A stretch of 64,000 nucleotides of DNA from Haliea sp. (GTDB taxonomy: Bacteria; Pseudomonadota; Gammaproteobacteria; Pseudomonadales; Halieaceae): positions 22,780 through 86,779 of the forward strand of contig JANNVJ010000137.1 in the NCBI GenBank assembly GCA_031414375.1, given 5' to 3'. Of the stretch, positions 1 through 9,986 are shown one piece after another; position 1 is the stretch's first letter, and each line of letters opens with the position of its first letter. The position numbers and the translations under genes are program-made. The notes under the pieces are model-generated. The model did no database searches. It worked only from the letters and a program-made list of their open reading frames with translations, and had not been told where the DNA came from.

Positions 1-916
1 CCAGATTGCTTTTGATGCCAGAGGGCAGCATTTTGAACAGCTTGGCGCCAACCAGGTCAGCCACTAGTTCGCCGCCGGCCTCGATGCTGCCAGTCAGTGC
101 GCCAGCCTTCATGGACTCGTCATGCACTTGTTCGTCGGTCAGGTCGGGATTGGTTGCGCGGGTTTCTGCATACACCTTGTCGTAGGTGTCCTTGGCTTGA
201 TGGCCGAAAAACAGCGGCAGTGCCAACAATGAACCGCCGACAAAGCCAGCTGCGGCGCCGGGCAATCCACCGACTGCGGCGCCTGCGACCGCACCAGCGA
301 TCCCGGGACCAAAGCTCAACGGCAGATTCTTGCCCGCCTCGAATGATGCTCCGCGCGCGCTGAATGCGTCTTGCTCCTGCATCTGGCGGCCAAACTCGGA
401 CTGCTGCCAGTTCTCGCCACGCTTGGCGCCTGCCTCGCGGGTTTCCCGGGCCCACTTGGAGAATACGCCTTCATCACCTTGATTGTTGCCAGCGGCGTCA
501 AAGGTCGGCGTATCAGCAAAGTCAGCCAGGCCTGCAGCTGCATCGGGCAGATTCTGGACCACGCCCGCAGCTACACCGCGGCCGAAATCCTTCACCCCCT
601 CAACGAAACCGGCGGCGCCTTTCGGCCTTTCTATCTTGGTCGGGTTTTGCGGGACAGCCTGGCTCGCGGTTGCTGGGCGGGCCAGTGCGTTCGGTGACGT
701 TACATTGGAATCCTGATTAACGGCGGCGGCAGCCGGATCGGCTGGCTTGGGAAGGGTTCTGGCATCCCAGTGCTGTCGAGCAGCGCCCAAATCACCGGGC
801 GCAATTGTCGGGGCAATGTTCTGGTCAAAGTATCCTGCGCGGGATTTCTCTTGTTCTTCAGCGGGAAGTGCTTTGAATTCTTGAGAGCCAGATAACTCGG
901 TCCACTTCAGGGGCAT
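1..916 (-). CDS. Large DNA-ejection (internal virion) protein, N-terminal part; continues off the left edge
   Basis: Not in the ORF track. ATG at 916 after AAGGAAAG; open to base 1: MPLKWTELSGSQEFKALPAEEQEKSRAGYFDQNIAP...GPGIAGAVAGAAVGGLPGAAAGFVGGSLLALP. The Gly/Ala hydrophobic stretch and terminal position are typical of podovirus ejection proteins. Confidence 0.8.
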   Translation of the reverse strand, partial: MPLKWTELSGSQEFKALPAEEQEKSRAGYFDQNIAPTIAPGDLGAARQHWDARTLPKPADPAAAAVNQDSNVTSPNALARPATASQAVPQNPTKIERPKGAAGFVEGVKDFGRGVAAGVVQNLPDAAAGLADFADTPTFDAAGNNQGDEGVFSKWARETREAGAKRGENWQQSEFGRQMQEQDAFSARGASFEAGKNLPLSFGPGIAGAVAGAAVGGLPGAAAGFVGGSLLALPLFFGHQAKDTYDKVYAETRATNPDLTDEQVHDESMKAGALTGSIEAGGELVADLVGAKLFKMLPSGIKSNL

Positions 917-929
917 CAGGCTTTCCTTA

Positions 930-2291
930 TTAGAAAAAAGTATCGACTTGTTGCTGTGCGCCAGTCGCAGCCGTTTGCTGCTTCTGCACTAATCGTCCAC
1001 TTTCATCTAACTGCGGGATGCCCCCATCCAGCTCGAGTGATGATAACAGACGCTGCACTACCTGGGACATTGATTCGCCGGAAGCTGGATCAAATTGTTC
1101 GCCCGACATTGCCAATAACTGCGAGTAGGCTTCAGGCGCGGTGGTTTTGAGCGGAGCCAGAGCATCGCCTGCTTCCTTCATTGCAGCTGTGCGATTTAAC
1201 CGCACATCGGTCTTGGCATTACGGTTCATGTCGTACTGCTGCTTGAACGCGGCCAGCTGGGCAGTGGCAGTGGCAGTATTCGCATCGGCATCCACATTGT
1301 AGGAGCCAGCGGGATCCGCTTTGTAGGCTGCGCGCTGCTCTGGCGTCAGGCCTTGGTCGCTCAGTTGCTGGGTGATCACATCGAGGTTCTTGCCCTGCTC
1401 GGAACTGGCGATCTGCGCGTTGGCCAGTGCCTCACTTTCTGCACCGCCGAAATGGCGCCGGCCATCACTGCCAGTGGTATTGGCGGTGTAATCTGCGCGC
1501 GCCTGAGCCACCTTGGCGGCCTCAGCTGCCTGTGCTTCGTAGGACTGAGGCGATACCGGCCTGTTGAAAGCGGTGTTCGCGTCCGAAAACTCAGGCACAG
1601 CTTTTCCGGTATTTGGATTCATGATTGGCCTGCCATCAGCGCCGATCGTGGGGCGTACCAGCGTCTGTGTTTCGCCCTGCTGGCCGGCATAGCCGTATTC
1701 GCTGTTGGGTATTGGCGCCGGGTTCGCGGCATTTACCTGGCTACTGGACGGCGCAGCATTGGCGGTGGTGTAGGCGTCTACCGCTGCCTCCGGGTTTGGC
1801 CGGGCCAAAGTCGTGGCCGGCTGTTCCTGGGCAGCTGCTGCGGCCGGAGCAATGCCGGGCGCTGTGTTTGGCCGCTGGATATTGGGATTCGCGGTGCCGT
1901 ATTCTGCTACGGCCGCGCTCGATACCGTGGGATCCTCGGACAACATACGGTTTTGGAGATCATCGACGCCCATAGCACTGGTCGCGGCGTTGACGATCGG
2001 GCGCTGGATGGCCTGCGCAGTCTCGGTGTCTTTCACTGCGTTGCCAGCAACGGCCGCGCCAGTCGCCGCCAAGCCCAAAGGGCCGGCCGCGCGCACCGCA
2101 AAACGCCCGACACCCTTGGCAACGGCCATTCCGCCAGCCCTTGCCGCGATAGGCCGGGTCAGTGCACCAGCCACCTTTGAGCCTACATTTTTCGCCACCG
2201 CAGCACTTCTCGCAGCAACAGAGGGGCGCGGGATAGCTTTCGGTCGGGTTGCCTGAATGTTCTGGCGCAATTGTTCTTCGTAAAGCGACAT
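930..2291 (-). CDS. Putative ejection/pilot protein (453 aa)
   Basis: Ala/Gly-rich N-terminal hydrophobic segment, low-complexity Pro/Ala middle, located between tail genes and the large ejection protein. Confidence 0.6.
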   Translation of the reverse strand: MSLYEEQLRQNIQATRPKAIPRPSVAARSAAVAKNVGSKVAGALTRPIAARAGGMAVAKGVGRFAVRAAGPLGLAATGAAVAGNAVKDTETAQAIQRPIVNAATSAMGVDDLQNRMLSEDPTVSSAAVAEYGTANPNIQRPNTAPGIAPAAAAAQEQPATTLARPNPEAAVDAYTTANAAPSSSQVNAANPAPIPNSEYGYAGQQGETQTLVRPTIGADGRPIMNPNTGKAVPEFSDANTAFNRPVSPQSYEAQAAEAAKVAQARADYTANTTGSDGRRHFGGAESEALANAQIASSEQGKNLDVITQQLSDQGLTPEQRAAYKADPAGSYNVDADANTATATAQLAAFKQQYDMNRNAKTDVRLNRTAAMKEAGDALAPLKTTAPEAYSQLLAMSGEQFDPASGESMSQVVQRLLSSLELDGGIPQLDESGRLVQKQQTAATGAQQQVDTFF

Positions 2292-2362
2292 ATGGCTCTC
2301 CCGTAAGGGGTTAGAGTAAATGGGGATAAAAATAGTGTTTTAATCAGGCTGAAATTGACACG

Positions 2363-2394
2363 GACACGCAAAGGGTGTTGCGTGTCGCTTTTTC
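2363..2394 (+). terminator. Perfect 9-bp hairpin followed by a T-run, oriented against the late operon
   Basis: GACACGCAA-AGGGTG-TTGCGTGTC-GCTTTTT. Confidence 0.45.
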
Positions 2395-2432
2395 GTGACA
2401 GAAATGAATTAGCGTTGACAATCGGATTTCTG

Positions 2433-4331
2433 TTATAGCGTTTCTTCGGCTATGATGATCGCGTTGTTGGTTGTTAGTACCGATGACCCCATGTCGCCAA
2501 TGATTTTACCGCCGCTCTGTGTAATCTGCGCCTGGGCCACGATTGAGCGAATGAACCCCTCGACGTTCTTCATTTGCGCTTTCAGGTTGGTTTCCACCTT
2601 GGCCAGCGCACCTTGCAGCATCAGCCTATCCTTTTCATAGCGAGTCGTAACCAGCTGCAACCGGGCCTCCACTCTGGTTTGGTACTGGGCCAGCGCAACC
2701 TTATGCCCGTTTATGGTACCGTCGAATCGCGCACTCTCAGCCGTCACATCGGCCAGGTACTTGCGGATCGTGCCGTCGCGGCGCTCGATCAGGGACTTGT
2801 TATACTCCGCGATTGACTGGGAAATGTCTCTCTCCGCGCTAACCCGGGTGCTGGTCGTCTGCACTCGTGCGCCGAAGGCCTGCACGGTGGCCTGATACGC
2901 CTCAACCCTGCCCATATCGCCCTGTATCGCAGCGCGGTAGGCGTCGTATTCAGACGATTTTGCACCGACGCGCGCCGCATATGCTCGCACCTGAGTTTCG
3001 TACACGGAGATTTTCTGCGCCTCGCCTTCCATCCGGCTACGGATCGCTTGCAGCTGGGAGTTGTAGAGTTCGACCTTGCTCTGCTCGCTGAGAATCTTGG
3101 CCTCAAACAATGCAATGGCACTGCGATCCACGTCGATCTTTAGTTTCTCGGCCTCTATTTCGACCTCGAACACTTTGATGATGGCGAATGCCGATTCAAG
3201 TCGAACGGAATAAACCTGTGCCTCGGCTTGGTACCGGGCCAGTTCCAGCTTGTAAAGCTCAATGCCCTGGTTGAATAGTTCGGCGGCCCATCGGCCCACC
3301 TCCTTCGCGTACTCCAGCGCCAGACCGTTGCTGGTCATCACCAGCTGCATGTAGCCCTGCATGGCACTGGAAAAGTGCTGGCGCACATTGAACGAAAGTT
3401 GCATCCCGAGCTGCATGTGACTGAGCTCAATCTTCGCTCGCTCGTTGGCAATGTTCGCGGATACATCAGCTGTGTTGCGGGACTGTTCATAGCGCAATCG
3501 GGACAGGCCTCCCATTACTGCGCCAGGTGGGAGTGGAAACCCGCGCCGGGCGTAATCGGCGGTCAATGCTTGCTGCGCCCGCTGGTTCTCGTCATTGACG
3601 CGAATCATGGCCCGGTCGTACACCGCTTGCTCCCATGCCTCATTGAGCGCGCTGCCCCCAGCCATTGCTGAAGCAATGCGCTCCTCCAATGCGGCCATGC
3701 CCGCGTGATAATTCGGGCAGTGCGTCACCATCCAGCTTTCCGCATAGGAGTCGGCGGCGTTTATCAACTGCGCCCTGGTTACAGTGAATTCATTGGCAAT
3801 GCGCCCAGTGACGTCCACCTTCTCAACCACGACACCGTTCATGTGGTCGTCAAAGGTCGGAGCAACCACTGTGGGCACCGTGAACAAATCCTCGGACGCC
3901 TGGGGCGACTCAGGGAGTGCGAGACTGGGCTCGATCGGGAACGGCAGGTTGGTGTTAATATTCGGCGCTGCAGTCGTGAAATCGGGCACGTCCCAGTGTG
4001 GCCGCTCAAAGTCGAACAGGCCGCTCGTGTCCAGCTCCTCTGGCGGTTTGGGGAATTCTGGCAGGGTCAGTACATACGGTTCCAGGAACTCAATTTCCTC
4101 GATCCCTGCTGCATCGGGCGAGGTATACACATCGGAAAATGGGCTTGGTAGGTTCGTATTAACAAAGTCATCTTCCGGTTCTGGTGTTATTTGCCACGCC
4201 AGTTCTTGCGCGTTGACAAAGGATCGGCCCTCGGCGATCCGGTTGGCATCGTTGACTAAATCCCTGGCTTCCTTCAGTAAATCCCCTGCATAATCCTTCG
4301 CGTCACTGATTATTGAGTCGATGGACGCCAT
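2433..4331 (-). CDS. Coiled-coil virion protein (632 aa), F116-like internal/ejection protein
   Basis: Pro-rich N-terminal third, RRGFPLPPG motif, long helical C-terminus; position in late operon. Confidence 0.6.
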   Translation of the reverse strand: MASIDSIISDAKDYAGDLLKEARDLVNDANRIAEGRSFVNAQELAWQITPEPEDDFVNTNLPSPFSDVYTSPDAAGIEEIEFLEPYVLTLPEFPKPPEELDTSGLFDFERPHWDVPDFTTAAPNINTNLPFPIEPSLALPESPQASEDLFTVPTVVAPTFDDHMNGVVVEKVDVTGRIANEFTVTRAQLINAADSYAESWMVTHCPNYHAGMAALEERIASAMAGGSALNEAWEQAVYDRAMIRVNDENQRAQQALTADYARRGFPLPPGAVMGGLSRLRYEQSRNTADVSANIANERAKIELSHMQLGMQLSFNVRQHFSSAMQGYMQLVMTSNGLALEYAKEVGRWAAELFNQGIELYKLELARYQAEAQVYSVRLESAFAIIKVFEVEIEAEKLKIDVDRSAIALFEAKILSEQSKVELYNSQLQAIRSRMEGEAQKISVYETQVRAYAARVGAKSSEYDAYRAAIQGDMGRVEAYQATVQAFGARVQTTSTRVSAERDISQSIAEYNKSLIERRDGTIRKYLADVTAESARFDGTINGHKVALAQYQTRVEARLQLVTTRYEKDRLMLQGALAKVETNLKAQMKNVEGFIRSIVAQAQITQSGGKIIGDMGSSVLTTNNAIIIAEETL

Positions 4332-5131
4332 TAGACTTTTCTCCCGAGAACCATTGGCAGGTATTCAATTGAGTCAACGGAGAAATCTTCGCCGTCACGG
4401 TTTTGGATCTTGGCAGCCCAAAAACGGGCCTGCACTCCACGCGCCATCTTTGCGCGCCGGGTGCGGCCATTGGTCGCGGTGAGGGCGGCGATAACCTCAT
4501 TTTCATCGGCAATCACGCTGACCAGCATGGCGGCATTCGTCTTGGCTCCGATGTACATATAGGGCATACGCTTCAGGTGTGAGCTATCGAAGTCAGACGG
4601 CGCCAGTTCGGCAATGGCGTCTATCTCAGCATCGTCATCCAGATCGCCGCCCAGGATGACTGCTCCGGAATCAGTGAAGGCGATCACCTGTCCCGCAAAA
4701 TTGACAATATGGTTGAACGGGAAGCCGGTGTACTCGGTAAGCGCGGCGTTCTTCACGTTGACGGCATAGGCTTGGTAGACGGCCTCGATGATCTGGTGCG
4801 CCGATGCCCGCAAGCTGAACAACGGTATAGTGCCCCGGTACACGCCAAACAATGAGCGGAATTGCGGAACAATCAGGTAGGCGCGCCCGCCGATCCCCTC
4901 GCTGCCAGTGGCGGACAGGCTGATAAAGCTGCGCGGCAATACCACGTTGAGGCGGCCAACATTGCCGACCGTGCTGGAGGCTTCGAGCACAAAGGGTGAG
5001 GTGGACATGCGCGCCTGCGCGCCACCATACCCCTGCATTGAAAACGTGAAGCCCAGGGCCAGTGTGCCAATTGAGCCGACTGAGCCAGAGGCATCAAGGT
5101 TAAATCTGATATTAACTGGCGTGCTAGGCAT
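4331..5131 (-). CDS. Tail/virion structural protein (266 aa)
   Basis: Beta-rich; C-terminal YAVNVKNAALTEY...GGDLDD segment resembles F116-like tail proteins; coupled to neighbours. Confidence 0.55.
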   Translation of the reverse strand: MPSTPVNIRFNLDASGSVGSIGTLALGFTFSMQGYGGAQARMSTSPFVLEASSTVGNVGRLNVVLPRSFISLSATGSEGIGGRAYLIVPQFRSLFGVYRGTIPLFSLRASAHQIIEAVYQAYAVNVKNAALTEYTGFPFNHIVNFAGQVIAFTDSGAVILGGDLDDDAEIDAIAELAPSDFDSSHLKRMPYMYIGAKTNAAMLVSVIADENEVIAALTATNGRTRRAKMARGVQARFWAAKIQNRDGEDFSVDSIEYLPMVLGRKV

Positions 5132-6755
5132 ATCCGATCACCGCGTCTAACCAGCCCATGTTTGCCCCTGCGCCTTCGGCCTGTATGGCGAATTTGATCT
5201 TGCCTTTGAATTGCGCGCCGCCATACGCTTCAATCCTGAATTCATTGTGTGAGCGTAGAAAGGCTTCATTCAGGTCTGGCCGCCGCCCACTCGCTGACAG
5301 CTCAAAACTGAACGACAGCACGGCATAGCCAATCCCTGCAATCGCCACATCACTGCTAGATACGATCAGCGGCTGGAACGATACAGCGGCCTCGGCATAG
5401 TCTGCGTCTGCGCCAAGCGCCAGCATAGGAGCCATCAGTAGGTCGGCGCTCAATGACACACCGCCGGTCACACCATCGCCGCTCATGGTCATTGGCACCA
5501 TGATGCAGTTAGCCAAGCCAATGACAGGCTCGATCAGGCCATTGACTGACTCGCATGTAAGCGGCTGAAAGCGCAGTGCATCGCCTGGGTAATCGCCAGT
5601 CCATCCGACAAACACGCCATCGACAGACCCCGCGCCGATCAGCGGCTTGAAAGACAGGTTTGCAGATCCAGTGAAGTGCGTGAAGTCCATCACCCCGGCT
5701 GACCGGCTGCTGGACGACCCTATCCCCAGCGCCGTACCCGGGCCAAGGCTGCGAATGATGTACGCCACGCCAATACCGGCCGTCTTGGAGCTGGCCTCGC
5801 TACCGGTAAGGATAGTGCCATTGACATTGACCGATCCGCACACGCCTACGGAACCTGCGGAAGCGCCGATAATGCCTCGATCCGTGCCAGGCCCATAGAC
5901 AAGGGTGCGAACCGCCACAGCCATTGCCGCAGACTTCGCCACTGCCGACAAGTTCTCGATAACAATAATGTCTGTAGGCCCAAGGCCGCCGCCCGCATTG
6001 GAGTCAACGTACTCAGCATCCCACACCACATCGTCGCCGCTGTAGAACGCCGAATCAGGCAGTACCGCGCCCGCATAATTGGTTGTGTGCCGCACAGCGC
6101 CGCTGACAACAACAATAAGCTGCCCTGCCTCGGAGCGCGTGATAGAGAATTTGGTGTCGTCCGTGTAGTTGTAGTAGCCACCAACAGCAGTACCGTTCTC
6201 GATGATGATATAGCTGCCGCTGGCGCCGAGAACACCCAGTTTCATTGTTCGATACGTCTGGTCTTGCGCCCGGTCTATAGGCGTCAGGCCAACAGCGACA
6301 CCGACATTGCCGGCAGAGAATCGCCATCGAATTGCCTGGCCCTCACTCAGCTCCTGAAGGCCTATCGCGCCAGAATTCCATCCCAGGTTAAAGCTTTCAA
6401 TAATCTGTCCAGCTGTGGGCGGAATGGCTGGTGTTGGGGGAATGGCTGGCTGGCCGGGAATGTAGACGCTTTCCTCTACATAATCTTCGTCCGAAGTTTG
6501 GTAAATGTAGATATTTCCTTCGACAGTGGTGCCAATCAGCTTGCCGAATAGTCCGTCAAAATAGTGCCCAGGAAAACCGCTTTGCGTAGTGTTTGGCGGT
6601 AGCGGGCTGTATATCAGCATACCGCCGATATGAGTTACCTGAGTTACCCAGTAGCCATCAGTTGCGGGCCTGCCGGGGCTGCCCGAAACACCTGGCGAGC
6701 CAGGAATAATCTTTAGCTCTATCAGCTTAACAAGCTCGTTCAGAGTCCACGCCAT
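5124..6755 (-). CDS. Virion structural protein (543 aa)
   Basis: Long ORF in late operon with Pro/Gly-rich segments (PGSPGVSGSPG, PAIPPTPAIPPT). Confidence 0.6.
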   Translation of the reverse strand: MAWTLNELVKLIELKIIPGSPGVSGSPGRPATDGYWVTQVTHIGGMLIYSPLPPNTTQSGFPGHYFDGLFGKLIGTTVEGNIYIYQTSDEDYVEESVYIPGQPAIPPTPAIPPTAGQIIESFNLGWNSGAIGLQELSEGQAIRWRFSAGNVGVAVGLTPIDRAQDQTYRTMKLGVLGASGSYIIIENGTAVGGYYNYTDDTKFSITRSEAGQLIVVVSGAVRHTTNYAGAVLPDSAFYSGDDVVWDAEYVDSNAGGGLGPTDIIVIENLSAVAKSAAMAVAVRTLVYGPGTDRGIIGASAGSVGVCGSVNVNGTILTGSEASSKTAGIGVAYIIRSLGPGTALGIGSSSSRSAGVMDFTHFTGSANLSFKPLIGAGSVDGVFVGWTGDYPGDALRFQPLTCESVNGLIEPVIGLANCIMVPMTMSGDGVTGGVSLSADLLMAPMLALGADADYAEAAVSFQPLIVSSSDVAIAGIGYAVLSFSFELSASGRRPDLNEAFLRSHNEFRIEAYGGAQFKGKIKFAIQAEGAGANMGWLDAVIGYA

Positions 6756-9113
6756 CTACACCACCCAAATTCCATTGCTGCTGATACTGAACGGTCGATA
6801 ACCTTCAAAGGAGAATGTTGTTTCCCTTGCGGCATTGTAAAGATCGTAGTGCGTACTAGTGGTCACTATCGGGTTGTCGTCCTCGTCCAGTCCATGAAAC
6901 CACTCAACATGGTCGATGCTAAGTTTGTTCGCTCTTATCCGGCTGGCGTGAGTGTCGCCATCTGCAGTGAAGGCGGTTTGCGGTTGCACATGCACCGCAA
7001 AATGCTTTTTGGGGCTGATGCGGAAGCCGTTGAATATGTCCTGCGGGTGTAGCATCAAGTCATTGAACGGGTTGTCATCAAAGGTATCTGTGCTGATATA
7101 ATTCGGCTGAATGAACTTATAAACTCGGTGTAGCACGTTATTCACCAAATCAGGCACCCATAGCGCGTGGCCGGAAGCAAACTTTACATAGCCTGCTGGC
7201 GGCGCTGCCAGGTTTTCGGGAGTCAATAGGGCATCCATCGGATCAAACGGCGGCGTTGCGTATGTGCCATCGCCATTGACCCACACCTTCTCGCGGTATT
7301 CTTCCTCGTCCCAAATGCGCCACCGCTTGCCCATATAAAGAACTTTATCAAATCGCGGCGATGCCCTATCAATTACCAGTGTCCTCAGCGCCGCTGCCTG
7401 GGCGCGCAAGTCCAGCGCATTGAAGCCCGACTGCATTCGGTCATACCCGAACAGCGTCTTGAAGGGCGGGCTGGATACACTGCCGGGCAGCTCCCCTAAC
7501 GTGTTCATCACATAAAGATGAACCCAAAGCCCGTACTCGTCTTGCGTCCAGTAGTTGTGGTGAAGGACGAAGATATTTACCGGCTCGGCGTTGTACTCCC
7601 GAAGGAATTCGGGCGGCGTGGCGAAGTATTTCGCATAGAGCCAGGGTTGATGGAACATCGGGATGCTGAATTCTGGATCGGATATATTTCCATCATCATC
7701 CACGGTGCAAAAGTGCGCGTAAATCAGCAGCGCCCTGATGCTTTCCGCAGCCGGGCCTGGGTAGGCAGACAGGAACGGCGCGCCCAACCACGGTTCCAGA
7801 ACAACAGTCCTGCGTATGCGGCCATCGAACAGATCGTAGTCGATCCCCAGTGGCCGCACATCAAAGCCGTTGACGTTGAGCGTGTGCGTGGCGATCACTG
7901 TCGGCGCGGCATTATCGTTCGGCGTTACGCTCCACTCCAATTCGGTAAAGCCATATTCCAGCGCGTTAGCCGGGGAAGGAGGAATAATCAAAGCCGGGTC
8001 TAAAGGAACTATCAGGTTCGGATAATTCGGGTCTTTCGGCGTAAACGTGTACTGCATCGAGATACATCGCTTGCCATCGCCCCGCCAGTACCACTTGGTA
8101 TAGGCGCTCTTGTCGGGATCAGCAGTAACCCATGCGGGCCGGATGCCGGTCATGTCCAACTGGGTTTCCTCGCTCCGCTCCGCGTCCCATAGAGCGAACT
8201 TGTAATCTTCCCCGGCAATGGAGCCGCCCAGTATGTAGCCGTCCAGCTGGGCCGCTGATCCGCAGTAGGAAGTGAGCGGATCAATGTCGGCCTGTAGGGT
8301 GCCGTCCTCGATGTAGCTATCAATCTTCGGCGGCGGCTTCGCATGTTGCATGGGCAGCTCAATGATTTTCTGACTGCCGCCGACCTTGTGCAGGATCGGG
8401 AAGGATGTGTCAAACAGCAGCGCCCGCTCGAACAGAGGATAGAACTGCAGCCGGTTCGATAAATCGATATGCCTGGCGCGCATAGAGCCAGTCGATATTA
8501 TCCTGTTGCAGGTCTGAAATCCTTTAGCTCGCCATAGAGCCGCCTTCTCGTTGGCTTGGATCGTCGTTTCGCCGTTGGCATCGGGCATCGGGATTTTAAA
8601 CCAGTCAAGGCGAGGAACGATTCTTTCCGTGCCAAGCTCAAGCAGCTTCTTCCACTGGCGCGCATACAGGAACGCATCCTTCTGCTTGTCCGCGGTATCT
8701 GACTCAAACTCAATTTTCTGACCGCGACCGTTCTTTGCCTTGAGCAGGAATTCGCCGGGATTCTCCGGGTCGGAATACAGTCCGACCAGGCTGAATTTAA
8801 TTTCCTTGTGGTGGATGTCCAGAACAGGTTTTTCACTGCCATCATCGTCGAAATTCAACACCCAGTAAAATGACTCATCACCAGCAGTCAGCGCCGTGGC
8901 GAACTCATACCCGGTGACGCCCGCCGTGATTCTGATGTGTTCGACGCTGCCATTGCGCTCCAAACTGATCTGAGCACCATTGATGACGCGCTCCCATGTC
9001 CAGGATCGCCTGCCTCTATAAAGCCTAGTGAGAGAGTCCAGCTTGCGCTTGGCAAAGGGCAGCCATTTGCCACACGAGCCGGGATCTCCAATAAACTTTA
9101 TATGCCGCTTCAC
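6756..9113 (-). CDS. Large virion/tail protein (785 aa)
   Basis: Long ORF abutting both neighbours in the late operon; aromatic- and beta-rich. Confidence 0.6.
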   Translation of the reverse strand: MKRHIKFIGDPGSCGKWLPFAKRKLDSLTRLYRGRRSWTWERVINGAQISLERNGSVEHIRITAGVTGYEFATALTAGDESFYWVLNFDDDGSEKPVLDIHHKEIKFSLVGLYSDPENPGEFLLKAKNGRGQKIEFESDTADKQKDAFLYARQWKKLLELGTERIVPRLDWFKIPMPDANGETTIQANEKAALWRAKGFQTCNRIISTGSMRARHIDLSNRLQFYPLFERALLFDTSFPILHKVGGSQKIIELPMQHAKPPPKIDSYIEDGTLQADIDPLTSYCGSAAQLDGYILGGSIAGEDYKFALWDAERSEETQLDMTGIRPAWVTADPDKSAYTKWYWRGDGKRCISMQYTFTPKDPNYPNLIVPLDPALIIPPSPANALEYGFTELEWSVTPNDNAAPTVIATHTLNVNGFDVRPLGIDYDLFDGRIRRTVVLEPWLGAPFLSAYPGPAAESIRALLIYAHFCTVDDDGNISDPEFSIPMFHQPWLYAKYFATPPEFLREYNAEPVNIFVLHHNYWTQDEYGLWVHLYVMNTLGELPGSVSSPPFKTLFGYDRMQSGFNALDLRAQAAALRTLVIDRASPRFDKVLYMGKRWRIWDEEEYREKVWVNGDGTYATPPFDPMDALLTPENLAAPPAGYVKFASGHALWVPDLVNNVLHRVYKFIQPNYISTDTFDDNPFNDLMLHPQDIFNGFRISPKKHFAVHVQPQTAFTADGDTHASRIRANKLSIDHVEWFHGLDEDDNPIVTTSTHYDLYNAARETTFSFEGYRPFSISSNGIWVV

Positions 9114-9553
9114 AGCGTAGGCAGCGCCACATTGAAGTGATTGATCGTCTGAATGCCAGGGGAGGTCAATACCACGTTGGACAGGTTAAGGTCGCCGCCA
9201 ACCAGCGCAATTGACCCCTGCATACGTTTCTGACTGGTGGACAGTACGCCGGTATCGCTTCCCAATACCAATCGGAAAAACGCCGCTGTGCCGCTGGACA
9301 CGATTGATCCTTGCCATGCCTCGGTTGTCTCCTTCGACAGAACGCCAGAAACAGGCACTGCCTCGAAGGTGAGGCCGGTGCCGCCACCCGCCACCGATAG
9401 GGTACACAGCAAAACCGCTGCGCCCAGGGCGGCATCGGCTGATGCTGGCTCGGTGCCCGCATAGATTTTCAGGAAGCCCAAATCCATCGCGTTCTTGAAG
9501 GAGCCTGTTGCGAGCATGTGGTCACGCAGACCAGTTGATACCTTGAAAGACAT
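9110..9553 (-). CDS. Small tail beta-protein, paralogue of 9987-10448
   Basis: MSFKVSTGLRD...KIYAGTEPASADAA...LSKETTEAWQG...GGDLNLSN. Confidence 0.7.
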   Translation of the reverse strand: MSFKVSTGLRDHMLATGSFKNAMDLGFLKIYAGTEPASADAALGAAVLLCTLSVAGGGTGLTFEAVPVSGVLSKETTEAWQGSIVSSGTAAFFRLVLGSDTGVLSTSQKRMQGSIALVGGDLNLSNVVLTSPGIQTINHFNVALPTL

Positions 9554-9975
9554 TATATAGTCCTCGTTATTTCAACGTAGATCGCGCCTACGTTGAGGGC
9601 CAGTGGCTCGCCAACTACCCGCGAGATTGTGGTGGGGAATGCGCCGGTCGCCAGCTGAACGCCGGAGCCGTCTTTCACTACCCAGTGCGTGACGTTGTAG
9701 GCTGCTGCGCCCGATCCGTACACAACAGCCGGGAAGGTGAGGACGCCGCTGTTGTACACGCGGTTGTTGACCGTGCCGCCTTCATCGGCAAAGGCGATGT
9801 TTTGCGCCGCGTAGGCGGTGTCATCGACTACCGCGCTAACCTCGGAACCTCCGCCATTAGGCTCGGCCTTGTACAAATGGAGTTTGAGGCCGGTCGGTTT
9901 TGCATAAGTCCCGGTCGCAAACATATGGTTAAGGACGGCAGTGATCGCTGCGTCAGGAAATCCGCTTACGGCCAT
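9553..9975 (-). CDS. Small tail-fibre-associated beta-protein (Gp80-like)
   Basis: VLNHMFATGTYAKPTGLKLHLY..EP...EVS...YAAQNIAF...TFP...VTHWVVKD pattern. Confidence 0.65.
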   Translation of the reverse strand: MAVSGFPDAAITAVLNHMFATGTYAKPTGLKLHLYKAEPNGGGSEVSAVVDDTAYAAQNIAFADEGGTVNNRVYNSGVLTFPAVVYGSGAAAYNVTHWVVKDGSGVQLATGAFPTTISRVVGEPLALNVGAIYVEITRTI

Positions 9976-9986
9976 AGTGTTCTCCC

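Noticed and set aside
97-720. ORF-track + strand ORFs (88-118 aa) at the left edge
   Set aside because: They are antisense shadows of the uninterrupted minus-strand ejection-protein frame.
1353-2180. 275-aa + strand ORF
   Set aside because: Fully antisense to the 453-aa virion gene, with no recognisable motifs.
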